Under the pieces are notes generated by a model. The model worked only from the letters and a program-made list of their open reading frames with translations. It did not search any database and had not been told where the DNA came from. A stretch of 64,000 bases of DNA from Hydrolagus affinis (taxonomy: Eukaryota): positions 62,001 through 126,000 of the forward strand of contig JAAILG010000069.1 of the NCBI GenBank assembly GCA_012026655.1, written 5' to 3'. Positions 1-12,592 of the stretch are shown in pieces (position 1 is the first letter of the stretch; each line of letters opens with the position of its first letter). Made by a program: the position numbers and the translations under genes.

Positions 1-128
1 AAAGTGAATTGACTGTATATATTTGTGGGCGAAACTCGGCAGCCAATTGTGAACTGCTGCATCCCCCACAAACAGTCGTGGAATGAAATGACCAATTTTA
101 TTATTGTGGTTTTTTTTAGAGGGATTAT
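1..128 (-). mobile_element. tRNA-derived Deu/L2-tail SINE, central fragment cut by window edge
   Basis: Reverse complement matches the core (ctgtttgtggg...attggctgccg) of the full-length copies elsewhere in the window. Confidence 0.9.
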
Positions 129-1854
129 CAACCATATGTTTTCTAAGCTGCAGGCACCAGGCTGAGGACAGTGTTATGATATGAGCACATGATGTGATTT
201 TTTCTAGAGTTGCAAGCAACAAAGTAGAAGAAGGTCCACTGGGCTATAGCAGCAGTACAGGAGCCTGGCTCTGGGCTGACACTGTCCAACTGTCCATCTT
301 CTCAATCCAGTATACAAGGTACAGTAATAACCCTTTGTAATCTGCATGAGCATTTCTGGACCAGAATCAATTGTATTTGAAGTTTATTTGCCCAAACTGC
401 TGTCAATTGTAAGCATTCTGTACCTTCTTTTAATGGTATCTGTGTTGTAGACATAATCTCAGTTTAGATAAACTCATGTTATCACATCCAATACTGTAAA
501 CTAGGAAAAAATGTCACACGTTGCGAATGCATCATGCCCAGAGCAATATTTTTGTATCGAGGAAATAAAACTAGCGACACGTGAGGCCAAAGTAGCCCAT
601 GGTGCCTGCCACTGCTGGATGCCTGTTAAAAGCTCCTAAATCTTGAGTCAGACACACAATAAAAGCAGGCGAGCCCTTGCACACCTCGTGAGACAGACAT
701 TCAGCCACACCTGGTTTCTACTTCAGTTCAAAAAAACATTTGCTGACAAAAGTTCAAAACAATGTTTTTTTCCCCCAAAAAGTTTAAATAAATTAAAACC
801 AGAATTCAGAAACGCATTGTACGAACGGAATACTGAGCGACAAAAGGTTATGTGAGAACAACAACAACAGAAATACATATTACATATTATATTATAAATG
901 ACATAGTGCCTTTCAAATGTAATTTTGTTGTTGTTGTTGTTCTCACCTAGGGAAACTTTATGTGCTGTCGACATTTATTTGTGAGACCCACTTAACATCC
1001 TTATGGATTTAAATCTCCCCCGCCCATTCCTTTAAATATCCTTCACTTATCATCATGGAACAACAGATATTTAGTGGTTAAGAAACTCCCACATGTCAAT
1101 TGATGGGGAAAGTATGAGTGTTTTAAAAAGTAGGCCAAAAGGAAATCTTTTGACACTCAAAGAGATAATCAGATGTCATCCCGCTGCATTTCTCTCCATA
1201 GATACACTAATATTTAGTCACATATCAAATGCCCAAGAAAGAATTAGATCAATATTTGGCAGCTTGTTGCTGGCAGGAAAAAAATGCCCGTAAATACAAT
1301 GCGAGCAGTGCTCTTGTAATGTATCACCTACAGACAGACCAAATCAGCTTCTGTACTGCTACATGTCTCCATACATGTGAAGCTTTAATCTCTCCCCACT
1401 GACCAATCCAGACTGATACTGCAAAGAATTGCTGGAACAGAAATGGTGGTTTTATGTACTTTAACCCTGCGACCTTTACAAATCCCATTCTTCCAATCAA
1501 TAAGTCTCATTAGCGTTAGGTAAATGTATGGGATGGGCCTGTGATCTCACGGCAGGAGCTGATCAGACAGCCTGATAAGCAACAAAGGCAAACTGCAATA
1601 ATGTGCAAACCGTATGCTTGGTTAGTCAATTTCTGTTTTTGTCTGTCTCCTGAAAAGGGTGATGGATAGGAGGGAGAGAATTTTTGGATTGCGTGGGCTA
1701 CTTCTCAGAAATAAATATTTCAACCGTAAAAACCTTCACGCTTTTGTCAGACTTGTGTCAATTTGCACATCTCTTCCCAGCCTAAACTCAAAGAAGGCAC
1801 TGTTTCATACTGTACGGTGCAAATAAAGAGAAAGAATACATCTTACAACTAGAT

Positions 1855-2205
1855 ATTGGATAGTCAGATAGACAGATAATCAGATAAATATATAGATAGA
1901 CAGAGAAAGAGAAACATGGCAACAAGGAAGAAATAGTTAAGAGATAGAAGATACAACATTGGATAGACAGAAATAAAGATGTAATTGAATAGTTGGACAT
2001 ATAGACAGAGAAAGGGATAGAGAAACACATAGGTTTGGGAGGTGGGAGATATAAAATTAACTAGACAGATATAAAATACTGCAGATGAAGTGACAGATAG
2101 TTTGGCAGAAAAAAAGTTAAAACATAGAGATGGATTGATGGACAAACAGCCAAAACAATATAATGATGAATAGATAGTTAATTGGATAGATGCAGATGAA
2201 TAGAT
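1855..2205. repeat. Degenerate purine-rich GATA/GACA simple repeat
   Basis: Recurring agatagacag/atagatag units. Confidence 0.7.
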
Positions 2206-2699
2206 TCAATTTTAGTGACAGGAAGTTCATGCCAACTATACACCATATTGCGGGGGTTCCAGAATCAGCCACATCACTGTAGGGATGGGAGATGTTGTGC
2301 TGTACAGAGAAGGAGGGAAAATGGAGGCAGGTATAAAACCAATTTAAAAAGGAGTGGACAAATTGGCATTTAGACAAGCGAAGATAAACCTACATATAAA
2401 ATTCAAAATATGAAGACAGATAAAGCTGTTAAATATAACTAAAGACAGACAGGTAGAATGATGGACTGGTCCAGTTCACTAAATAAACAGGAGAATCAAT
2501 ATCATCAAATATTACAATATTAGAGTCTATTAAGAAACCTGAGCATATTTAATCTAGACTAGTGTTGCTTCTTATGTTGGTGACTTTGCAAAACACAATT
2601 GTTATTAAAAGCAAAATGTCAGTGCAAATTGTCTCCACTCAAACAAGGTGAAGGACTGGCTGACCTGTGATTAAAACACATCAGGTTGGATGATTTGGG

Positions 2700-3198
2700 C
2701 ACCTGGCTTCACTTTACTTTGGCCGAAAAGTAAACCTACAGTAATTGCTAGCCGTGCACTCAATTCTCGTTGCCATCTTAAAATATTTCCGATCATCTTG
2801 TCTTCGAGTTGTTTAATCTTCCTTTCGTTTCGCAGCAGGCCATTTCCGGCGTACACGCAGCCAAACAAGGACATTCTATTTCTTTTTAAGGTTCTCGAAA
2901 GAATTCTGTGATCATTGCCTGTTCTTCTCCTGTAGTATTTCTCTCTCTCTCTCTCTCTCCCACATTCCAACCTCCCAGAGTTGTTTGCTTTCGAGCTGCT
3001 GTGAGGCTTTAGCTGTTGACAGTGTTATCACCTTCCTCTCTTTCACCATTTAAAATCTAAGCTCCCTGCCTTAGTGACACAATTCTCACTTGCCAGGATG
3101 TTAACAGAACAGCTGTCAAAGTCAAAAGGAAATAAAAATTAATAAAACTGCACAGTGACAGATTTCAGTTAGGGCGTCTCTCTCTCCCCCCCGCCCCC

Positions 3199-3238
<40 letters not shown>

Positions 3239-3400
3239 GCGGAGATACAGCAGGGATGAACATATCCCCCAGGCATTATGCCATACGCCCCGGGCTTGTA
3301 AATACAACGAGAAGACACGGACACCAAAGTTATTAGGGGCACTTACAGGAGTCCTGAGCTCCAAGTCGACAGTGTGAGTGCTGGAGAAAATCAGAAGCAA
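2700..3400 (-). promoter_or_regulatory. Candidate alternative promoter or first-exon region
   Basis: Local CpG enrichment, GC box (cccgcccc ~3189-3197), (CT)n tracts at ~2940-2958 and ~3205-3235, minus-strand GCCGGAAATGG (ETS/YY1-like) and AAGATGGC (YY1-like), no SINE insertions. Confidence 0.35.
3347..3380 (-). other. Candidate 34-nt internal exon
   Basis: Minus strand ttctgattttctccag|CACTCACACTGTCGACTTGGAGCTCAGGACTCCT|gtaagtg; open in all three frames. Confidence 0.45.
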
Positions 3401-5271
3401 GATAGAGATAGGATTTTCTGGCTGCCAATGTAGCTAGAGACCCAAATCTCAGAGCAATTTATGCTTGACTTTATTGCCAGTGCGGTTTGATGTGCAGTGG
3501 TCCCATCTGCTGATAACTGAGGCTTGCCTGGCTTCGTATTTCAATCTTAAAATGTTGGAAGCTATTACAATGACAATGGAGATAAGAGACACTTATCACT
3601 CTGGGCTGAGATTGATTAAAAGACTTCACGCTCTGCGATGAGGGCTTATGGGATAGAGGACAAGGGTCAGGGAAAGTGGAGGCGTTCCAGATTTTTTTTT
3701 CCTTTGAACATGAAGCAATGTAGTGGATAGTTTTCCTCCACATAAAGCAACAAGATAGGAAGAGATTAAATTGTTACGCTTTTTTTAAAAAAAAGTTTTT
3801 CTTTCCATATTCAAGATGTTTGCTCCGATGCCTGCATTATAGTTTAAATACTACATACATAATAAATATGTCAACATGTGTGAATATGTCAACATGTGTA
3901 AAAATAACCACGTAACACTGATGTCAGTTGAGTGATCAACCATACACGTTAGTTCAAGTCTAGAATAATATGAGCTTTACGTGCACTAGCCACTGATAAA
4001 ACAATTAAGTTAGCACAATGATGGTGAAATTCTCGTTAGATCATTGGTCCACTAAATAAAAATAATGCATTGTACAGAGAATGTGCTGAAATCAGACTGA
4101 TTTACCACTACAATTAAAAGGCTTAAAAAACACTTGAGCTTTGCATGGCCTTTTTGTTATTTGTCTTGATCCCTTGAAACTCCCTATTCATCTATTAGTC
4201 TTTATTTATCACATGTCCCTGTCTCCAAATAATTACAAGGCTCCGATCACAAGGGGATAATGCTCATTTAAAGCATTTGTTAGTGAGATTGTATCTGCTG
4301 ATTTCAAACCACGTGCTGACTACAGCCTGAAGTTTTTTCACTCTATACTCCTCATCCAAGATTATCTTTCTCTTGGGTTCAGCAATTTTCAGCCAACGCA
4401 CACTCTTGGGTTCCCAAACCTTGGCTCTTGCCAACCTGTGCTTACACTTTCCGGAATTAGCTAAGCAGGGTGAGTCCCTCCAGGGGGAGAGAGGGAGAGT
4501 GTGCATTACATTCCAACAATCTATCCCTGGGATTTCCAGGTGTAGGTGGGTTGCATGGGAATCTCAGTTTGGTTTGGATACTCTTAAGCAATAGTGATGG
4601 GTTTCCATATGTAACAGACAACCAAATCAAAGCCGACCAAATCAAACCTATACAGGAGTCTGCCCCGCTAGTTAATATAGTTACATGTTCCACACCTCCC
4701 CACCAAAAAAATTTGTTCAGCAAGTTTTTTAGTTAAAAATTTCTTTTAGATGTGCCATGAATGATTTTGAAATGAGATCAGCTGGCCTTTGTGAACCTTG
4801 GATGTGTAGACTAAATATATAAATGGTCTACCTCTGCTTAGAATTTTCATGTTACTACAGTATGTATGATCAGGAGAGGCCAACCCCGCACAAGTCAAGT
4901 GGGTGTTCTTTACAGAATCGTTGCTAGTTAGATGTCTCTCATTTTGTACTTTATTGGCCATAGATGATTATATGCTGAGAGTTCCACTGAATTTGCAATG
5001 TTTAACTGCCTGTGCAATATGTCACATTTTCATGTGCAAAGAACTTAATTGCTTATTGCATTTGTTAAGCGAGCAATTAACATCAGCCTCACATAGTCAA
5101 GTTAAAGTCAAAACTATATATTGAACCCACTGATAAGACAGTTAATATTCCTGTTGGAATAGAACATCTCCCTCTAGTGAGGAAGCCCCCTTGTCCCTTT
5201 ATGAATGAAAGATATTAGAAGTCAGTAAGTGGAGCCCAAAGGTGTAATGTTCTATTTTAACACCAGCAAGC

Positions 5272-5500
5272 AACAAGGGGACTGGGATTAGGATTACATG
5301 GGGAAATTTCAGGACAGAGACCGGGAAGTATTTCTTTGCCCATAGGGTAATTAACAGCTGGAACGGGTGGTTGAGGACAGGAACTGGAATCATTAAGAAA
5401 ACAGCATGTAATGGGAAGATGGAATTCTGGGCATTCTGTTCGGATGAGATCAAATGGGCCAAAGTGCTTTCTTGACCTGCATCTTTATAACGATCTTGTG
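5272..5500 (+). mobile_element. CR1 LINE 3' fragment (ORF2 C-terminus plus 3' UTR)
   Basis: Encodes GNFRTETGKYFFAHRVINSWNG, matching the CR1 ORF2 terminal FF.xRVxxxWN motif; ends with aatgggccaaagtg...cttgtg. Confidence 0.8.
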
Positions 5501-5623
5501 AATATTCCCTCACAACAAATCACAGCAATTCTCATTTCTTTATTGATTGCCTTTTAAAACAAATAAAAAGCCGTCTTTGCGATTGTGGTTTAATTTTCAC
5601 GACAGTCACACACGTTGAAACAA

Positions 5624-5723
5624 NNNNNNNNNNNNNNNNNNNNNNNNNNNNNNNNNNNNNNNNNNNNNNNNNNNNNNNNNNNNNNNNNNNNNNNNNNNNN
5701 NNNNNNNNNNNNNNNNNNNNNNN
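5624..5723. other. Assembly gap (100 N)
   Basis: Run of exactly 100 N; true length unknown. Confidence 1.
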
Positions 5724-5769
5724 AGAAATTGCAACACCTGTGCTAAAATAATCCTGAAGCTGCACTTAC

Positions 5770-5861
5770 CTGTCCTGGCCAGTGCGTGTCATCTGAAGTC
5801 TGAATTGATTGGAACTGTTCCAATGTAGATACACGGCTGGGGAGATTTTATTTGGATCCAT
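5770..5861 (-). CDS. Candidate ATG-containing exon, MDPNKISPAVYLHWNSSNQFRLQMTRTGQD (phase-2 end); product not recognised
   Basis: ATG at 5861, open to a perfect donor CAG|GTAAGT at 5770/5769; CpG-richer than flanks; second donor AAG|GTAAGA near 5908. Confidence 0.3.
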
Positions 5862-6405
5862 TCAGCTTTTGAAAATGATCCCGAATGTTATGGCCTCGTT
5901 TTTCTTACCTTTGACGCGGTATTGTTCTAAACTTTAATGACGTTTTACAACTACATCGGACGCCATTGCAGGAGGCAGCCACTGTTGGTGATACCTTTAC
6001 AAGTTAACCGGCTGAAGTATTATATTCGACCATTTTGCCATCTCCTTTCGCATGTCGTGGTTGTATTTTAATTGTAAGGAAGTGCCATATCTTTGGCAAA
6101 AAGTTGGCAATATCAGATACAAAAGGGCTTTAGGTCTCGATAAAACATTTCTATGGATTGTAATTTCTCTGTAAAACACAGACATAGAAGCTGTAGGAAT
6201 TCCATGCCTATTGTGTGTATTACATAATTATATGCAGGAGTTTTATAGCTCTTTAAAACAGTGTGTTATTATATTATATATAGGAACGTTATGTCCCATA
6301 AAACAGTGTTGTTTCATCCTGTTAGCTGGCCTCATCATAACAATGTCCTAGCATGGCAGCCTCACATTACAGTATTTATGTGTATATATATATTTAGTTA
6401 TTATA

Positions 6406-6535
6406 AATAATAATCCTTGCATTGTATACAGTGCCTTATCACATTGTTGCAACATCTCAAAGCGCTTCAGAGAATATACAGTACTGTAAAGTGAATTGAC
6501 TATACATTTTGTGGGCGAAAGGATGCAGAATTGCA
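6406..6535 (-). mobile_element. SINE 3' fragment
   Basis: aataataatccttgca...aagcgcttca...gtgaattgact. Confidence 0.85.
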
Positions 6536-8252
6536 TGGGAAAAACTCGGTAACCGTGATCACGTCCATAATGGAAGATACAAAGTCCAATTTGAAATTAT
6601 AACCTAGAGTATTCCTCTAAAGACCTTCCCCGTCCCCTTTAAATAAAGCTTTACCTTGAAACCGTACGAGCAGTCAGTATGAAAGCTACAACTAGCTAAA
6701 ACCTTGCCTCAGAGCTGGCTCGCTGAGGCGTTAAGTTATTGAGACAATTGGTATTGTATGACCAGCTCGTGCTCGTGTTAGTTACATGAGGATTGTATTG
6801 GTCCCTTCGTTAAGTGACACGTATTTACTGGTACCGAATGTGACCCAGCATAGAGAGACAATAACTCGTGTTAAGATGAAACAGAAGCCTAGCGCTATTA
6901 TACACAAGCCCTGGCGCAAAGTGGTACCACTTATAGTATTTGTTATTTCTCTGCTTACATGCTGTGAGACATACTGGATACTGTTTCATTCAGTAGACAC
7001 TTTTTGTGTGTGTGTGTGTGTGTTTTTTATATATTAGTGAGGATAGCATGGTACAAAGCACAAAGGCTCTGGCTTCCAACTAGTGTTGCTAAATAGGATA
7101 CATTCAGCCATTTATTTATCACGAAGAACTCTGTAAGTCTCTGTTTTGTTAAACATTCAGGACTTTACAATACAGCAGTATCTAATATTTTATGTCATGA
7201 AAGAGTATTTTTGTTTTTCTGTGAGCGGGGACAATCTTCCTCAAATTGATTCTGGAAGGAGGGAAATCAATGAATATTCTGAACTGCTTTGTGCAAGTGG
7301 AAAACAATACAGAGCGAAAATAAAGTTGAACTCTATAAATGAGTGATCAGGTTTTCTCCCTATAAGTCTATCCCTTAACCCGCACACACACAAAGACCAC
7401 CTCTAAGGCCATCCGAGAGCACCCCTTCAGCCTCGTGCAGTTTAGACTTATTCAAAGGCACCTTTTGGACTGTTCTGGACACAGCCTGTAGCTCAGAATA
7501 TTTAGGCTTCCAGCCAAAAGTTTATGCGTTCAAATGCCACTGAAGTTACTCAGCCCTGCATCCTGTCAAGGTTGGAAAAATAGTATGACTACTATTCTGA
7601 GAGGCAAGCATAGCAAGTAGCCACATTGCTATGCAAATTATCAAACAGTACTCCCAACTGAAGGCCAGAGAATCAGAGCTAAGCACTCCTTTTATGTCAA
7701 AACATAAGAAGACCGACTGGTTGGGGAACCCTCAATTCATAAGGCAGCCTTCAACTAGAGCTCTGTGAGGGCAACTTACTAGGAAGAGGTAGACTCTGAT
7801 GAATTCACACAGGATTTTTACTGTCTTACTGAATATAATAGGCTCCAGGAAGGCCCATTTCAAAGCCCTGTGGATTTATTAGAGTAGACAGTAAGAAGCC
7901 TTGCCTGATGGTTTGGAATTACAAGACTGCACAGTAAAGCTGACAACAGTCCAACCTCAATATTTGCATTATTAAACAGCAACCTCTTACATTCTTTCTC
8001 GTCTCGTGAGTTAGGGAATCCTTTGTGAAGAAACTCTGATCATTTAATGCTCCCTAGTCTGCATTATTTGCATTAAATTGACAGATTATATGGAGGCAAA
8101 TGCTGTTGGTTACAATCACCGCTGCAAAGTCTTTACTATGGTGTCTCCTAATATAACATTGATCCATCAGTTAGCTTGCGATAGGAAAAACATTTCCTGA
8201 CCCATGGACAAGATATGAAACTGCTGTAGTTCTCACTATAGACATCTACACC

Positions 8253-8354
8253 TATACAGTCAATTCACTTTACAGCATATTCAGTGAAGCGCTTTGAGAC
8301 ATCTAGAAGACATGAAAAACGCTATATCAAATGCAAGGATTATTATTATTATTA
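8253..8354 (+). mobile_element. SINE 3' fragment
   Basis: cagtcaattcactt...gtgaagcgcttt...aaatgcaaggattattatt. Confidence 0.9.
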
Positions 8355-10113
8355 CCTGATTCTTTAACTGGGAATTTATTGTACTTTATTGTCTATCTCA
8401 ATACATGTGGTCTTTGAAACTATATAGTATTGCCTATTATTCACATCTGAAAGCAAATTTCGATAAAAACTCAAGTAAACCCAAATTTGATACCAGATCT
8501 CAGAAGTCAGACAAAATAGTTTTACAATACAACACAATACAGATTTAAATTTATACAGGGCCTTTCACAGGGTGCATTAATAATAATAATACTTGCATTT
8601 GATACAGTCATTGAGACATCGTAAAGTGCAAATAAATTTACAACAATTGTGTAGCTTTAAAGTGGTGCAAGACTATTCTAACCTGCCTTGTATCATGTCC
8701 CAGAGATCCAGAGAGAGAAAATGTAATGATTGTCCATAATTTGGCAAATCGTCAAATTCAGTCTTAACTTTGACGTCAGTTTTCTTTAGTTCTTAAAAGA
8801 ACTTGGGCACAATTGTAAGAATTTTCTGAAATGTATGAAAGCATCAAGGTAACTAACGTCATATTTTGGACTCTGAAATGCTACATAACTAGAATAAATA
8901 TTGACCCAGGTGAATATATTCAACAATCTGTAGTACTATGATACCAGGATATGACTGACCGCTTATCAGAATAGTGATAAGAGCGGGAAGCGGATCAATT
9001 GCATCAGCTCATAATTCATGAAAAGTGAACAAATAAATCACTTTTAAAAGGACATATTTCACCCAGTGTCCTAAATCCCAACTAACCCCTCCTTTACACT
9101 GACATATGTATGTTCTTTAAAAATCTTAACTTTTTTTTAAAAATGATTACAATTTTACTCACCCGATAGTAAATCCCAGCTAGTTTAACTGCAAGTTAAC
9201 AAGGGGGAATATTACAGATAACCGGTGAATATATAAGATTGAAAATACAATTGTGACCTATTAATATTTTGCGAAAAGCGATGGATGATGCTGTTCTTTT
9301 CTTTCCTTTCCACAGCAATTTAAAACATAGGACTAAAAGGTCTAATCTGTGGGCATTTTTTTTTCCTCACATTGCCGTTTAGTTGCCTTGATGTAGATGT
9401 AGCATTCATACATTTCAGAGAATGCTTAAAGATGTGCGTGACCTCACGCCCCATAGCTCAGAGCGCTGCATTAAAGCATTTTTCAAACTGCATTAGGAAA
9501 TAATAAATCTATGGGGAAATCTCGCTCTCCCAGGAAGAGTAAGAATTTAAAGGCGTGCGAAAGTGCTGCTTCAGGCCTCGGAGGGTTAACCTCCTTGAGA
9601 GTCTCACCTTAATCACAAGCTGCCTGGAGAACCACACCTGAACGCACTTGAAGCTTGAGCAAAAGGGTATCACCCCTGCGCTTGCCTCCTAAGCATGATT
9701 TATGGAGGTGACCTTGAGCAATAAACTTTTCAAACCTCTGACTCCTGACTGAGTTTACAGTTTTATTTTTCCGATACCGTTCAGCAATTACAGTGCACGG
9801 CTAAACCCTCGGCCGTCTATTAAAGGGTATGTGTGTGTGTGTGTGTGTTGGGAGGGTGGGGGAGCCATCAACGCCAAATGCTGTGCTCCCATCACAACAA
9901 TCCCAGGGCTACTGTTCCAGGAAGAAGATGTTAATTAGATTATAAGTGATAGTTTATTACTCTGGCCACCCAATAGTGGAGCAGCGAGGAAGGCGCAGAG
10001 CTGATACTGGGCCGGATACCAGCTGTCTTAAAAGCACTTTTTAAAAATAGTTAGAGGATTATTATTGAAGGTATTATTGATAGTTCTGTTAATATTTAAC
10101 AGATTCGTGTTGC

Positions 10114-10430
10114 GGGGTTCTGTAACTCAATGGGTAGAGCACTCTCCCCTGTAAGCAAAAAACTTGGGTTTGATTCCCAGCAGGCGAAACGCTGGAAATA
10201 TTTTCTTACTCCACACACATGCCTGATAATAATCCGTCAAGAAAAAAACCAATAATAATTTGGTCACTCAATCCACGACTGTTTGTGGGGACGCTGCCAT
10301 GTGCAACTGGCTCCCGCGTTTCGCCACAAATATACAGTCAATTCATCTTACAGTACATTCTGTGAAGCGCTTTGAGATGTCTAGAAGTCGTGAAAAGCGC
10401 TACATCAAATATAGGATTATTTATTATTAT
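10114..10430 (+). mobile_element. Full-length tRNA-derived SINE
   Basis: A-box (taactcaatgg) and B-box (ggtttgattcc) head, Deu-like core, stem-loop tail, (ATT)n. Confidence 0.93.
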
Positions 10431-10534
10431 AATCCTTAAATCTCTGGTAGGTCTATTCAGAGTTTCTGTCTCTAGTTTCTGTGAGTTTCAAACTCCAGTA
10501 TAAAACTGAACCACACAGGTTTGATTCTTTCAGT

Positions 10535-10770
10535 AACAAAACACAAAATACCACAGATGCTGGGAATCTGAAACAAAAACAAAGGTTGCTGGGGAAACTC
10601 AGCAGGTCAAGCAGCATCCATGGAGAAAGGAAAAAGAGTCAACGTTTTGGGCCTACAACCCTTCGTCAGGACTGCACGAAGGGTTGTAGACCTGAAACAT
10701 TGATTCTTTTTCCTTTCTCCATGGATGCTGCTTGACCTGCTGAGTTTCCCCAGCAACCTTTGTTTTTGAT
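10535..10770. mobile_element. Penelope-like terminal repeat pair in head-to-head palindrome
   Basis: 93-nt inverted arms (10574-10666 / 10676-10768) with 5 mismatches; a third copy lies at 51305-51446; carries a hammerhead motif. Confidence 0.75.
10637..10673 (-). ncRNA. Minimal type-I hammerhead ribozyme motif (G12>A, probably inactive)
   Basis: AGUC-CUGACGA-A-GGGU(UGUAG)GCCC-AAAA-CGUU-GACU: 4-bp stem I, core, stem II, palindromic AACGUU at stem III. Confidence 0.6.
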
Positions 10771-12448
10771 TCTTACAGTGTTGAGTTAGTCAATGACAAC
10801 AGGGTAAGCGCTCTCGGTCTCTGCCCTGCGTGAGGGTGCTGTACGCTGGTTAAACGCAAGCTGTTGGAGGTGGCGGTGATACAATTCAGCTTCATGCCCT
10901 GAATCAGGGTCACAAACATGCAAATCGATTTCAAAGTTATCTAATTCAATTTTAACTTTTACTGCAGCTATATTTGCTCTCAACATTCCTATCCTGCAGT
11001 GAGTCAGTCACAGTCAGACTACAGGGAGGGAAGCTTTACTCCCTGCGGTGTGGAGCTGTGGAGCAGTTAGCTGGCTCCAGAATGCCTTTTCTGCATTAGC
11101 TTTCAAATGCAGCCAAAACAGCAAAAACAAGCATCAAAGGCTGCTGTGGTTTTGCGCCCGGTGGATGCACAGAACACCCAAAAATCAACTAAACCTTCCT
11201 TCCTAAGGAGCTAGCCATGCAAATGAGTATTTTAATAGTGCTACAAATAGTTGAACAGAAGGCCTCAGGAGCTTTAAGATAATGGAGGAGCAAGAGAAAA
11301 GGTGTGATTCACACCTGACATGTTTATATTGCCACGGGTGGGAAACAAATGGTTCCGGAGAACATTTCCTCCAAAGTGGTGTCAAGACCACAGCTCCAGC
11401 CTGATTCACACTATCCAAGACCCCATTTAGATGGCACATTTGGTGGTGAATCACTGCCAGATATTGCGACGAATGTGTGGAGTGTAAATGGAGTTTAATG
11501 CCAAGGCGGTGTCCAAACTTGGAGCCAGTGATTTGAAACCGTGGTGTTTGACAGACACTTTACCAAGGGAACGTGTCATTAATAGTGTTATCATAAGGGA
11601 CTGAATGTAGAGACACAACGTTTAGATCCACGAGGTTAATAGTTTCCTATAAGATAAAAAGTTACCCTTGTCACATAAAGCGCTCGACTGGAGTAAAACT
11701 TACAAGTTTAATACCTTTTCTGTCACAGCTTTTGAAAAAATAGCCGTGACTTACATTGCCTGGCTGCAGGAAAGCTACTTTTAGGATTAGAGAGTTGCCC
11801 TACCAGCCTGCTTTGACAACTCCAATTTATCAAAGAAACTTATTCCTAGTACTATCCAGCATTACTATTGGATAAACAAACTTCATTATGATGAATGTTC
11901 CGCTTTTAAGCCATAAAGTTATTAACTTGTTACAGTCACCCTCTCTGCTGGCACACCGACACACACAATACATTTTCCACAGTTAACCCTCTCAGCAAGT
12001 CAATATATTTAAAAAAAGAGAGATACTCAGGCTTTGTGAAAGGCGCTATACACATGTAATTTGTTGTTCTTGTTGTCGTATGGTCAACGCATTTGACAGT
12101 GATCAAAATATAGAGTGAGTATTCGAAACAAGATGTCTCGCGGCTGAAAGTGACAATGGCAGTGGTGTTGCAGTTATCTTTTTGTGAGGTAATAAGCTTT
12201 CTAAAATTAATGCGTCACAGTGTTTACCAAGGCACATCCACCCGGTGTCAATCTGTACCGATGTAGTGGAAATCAAGTTTGAATCGCCAGGCACCCGGGA
12301 GGAAACGGTGACAAAGGTAGAGTGATCTACGGATCACAAAGAGGCCTAATTGAGCCTAGAGCAGCAACTGAGGAACTCAGAAATACAGCACTCAATGGGC
12401 AAGCTTTGTTTACCCGCAAAATATACACCACTTTGTGGTATATAACTT

Positions 12449-12592
12449 GGTGTCCTGTAGCTCAATGGTTAGAGCACTCGCCTTGCAAGCAGAATTGGGT
12501 TCAATTCCAGGCAGGGCAAAACCTTGGGCAATTTTTCTTACTCCACTCGCCTGATAATAATCCCTCAAACAAAACAATAATAAAGTGGTCAC
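12449..12592 (+). mobile_element. SINE 5' half (3'-truncated)
   Basis: tRNA head gtcctgtagctcaatggttagagc...ggttcaattcc; stops before the core. Confidence 0.9.

Noticed and set aside
3865-3899. Short tandem duplications (18 bp here; 22 bp at 54605-54648; a spaced 15-bp repeat at ~58699-58743)
   Set aside because: Ordinary slippage duplications.
9163-9188. Minus-strand 26-nt exon-like signal (also a 9-nt one near 11755-11763)
   Set aside because: Weak pyrimidine tracts; not distinguishable from chance.
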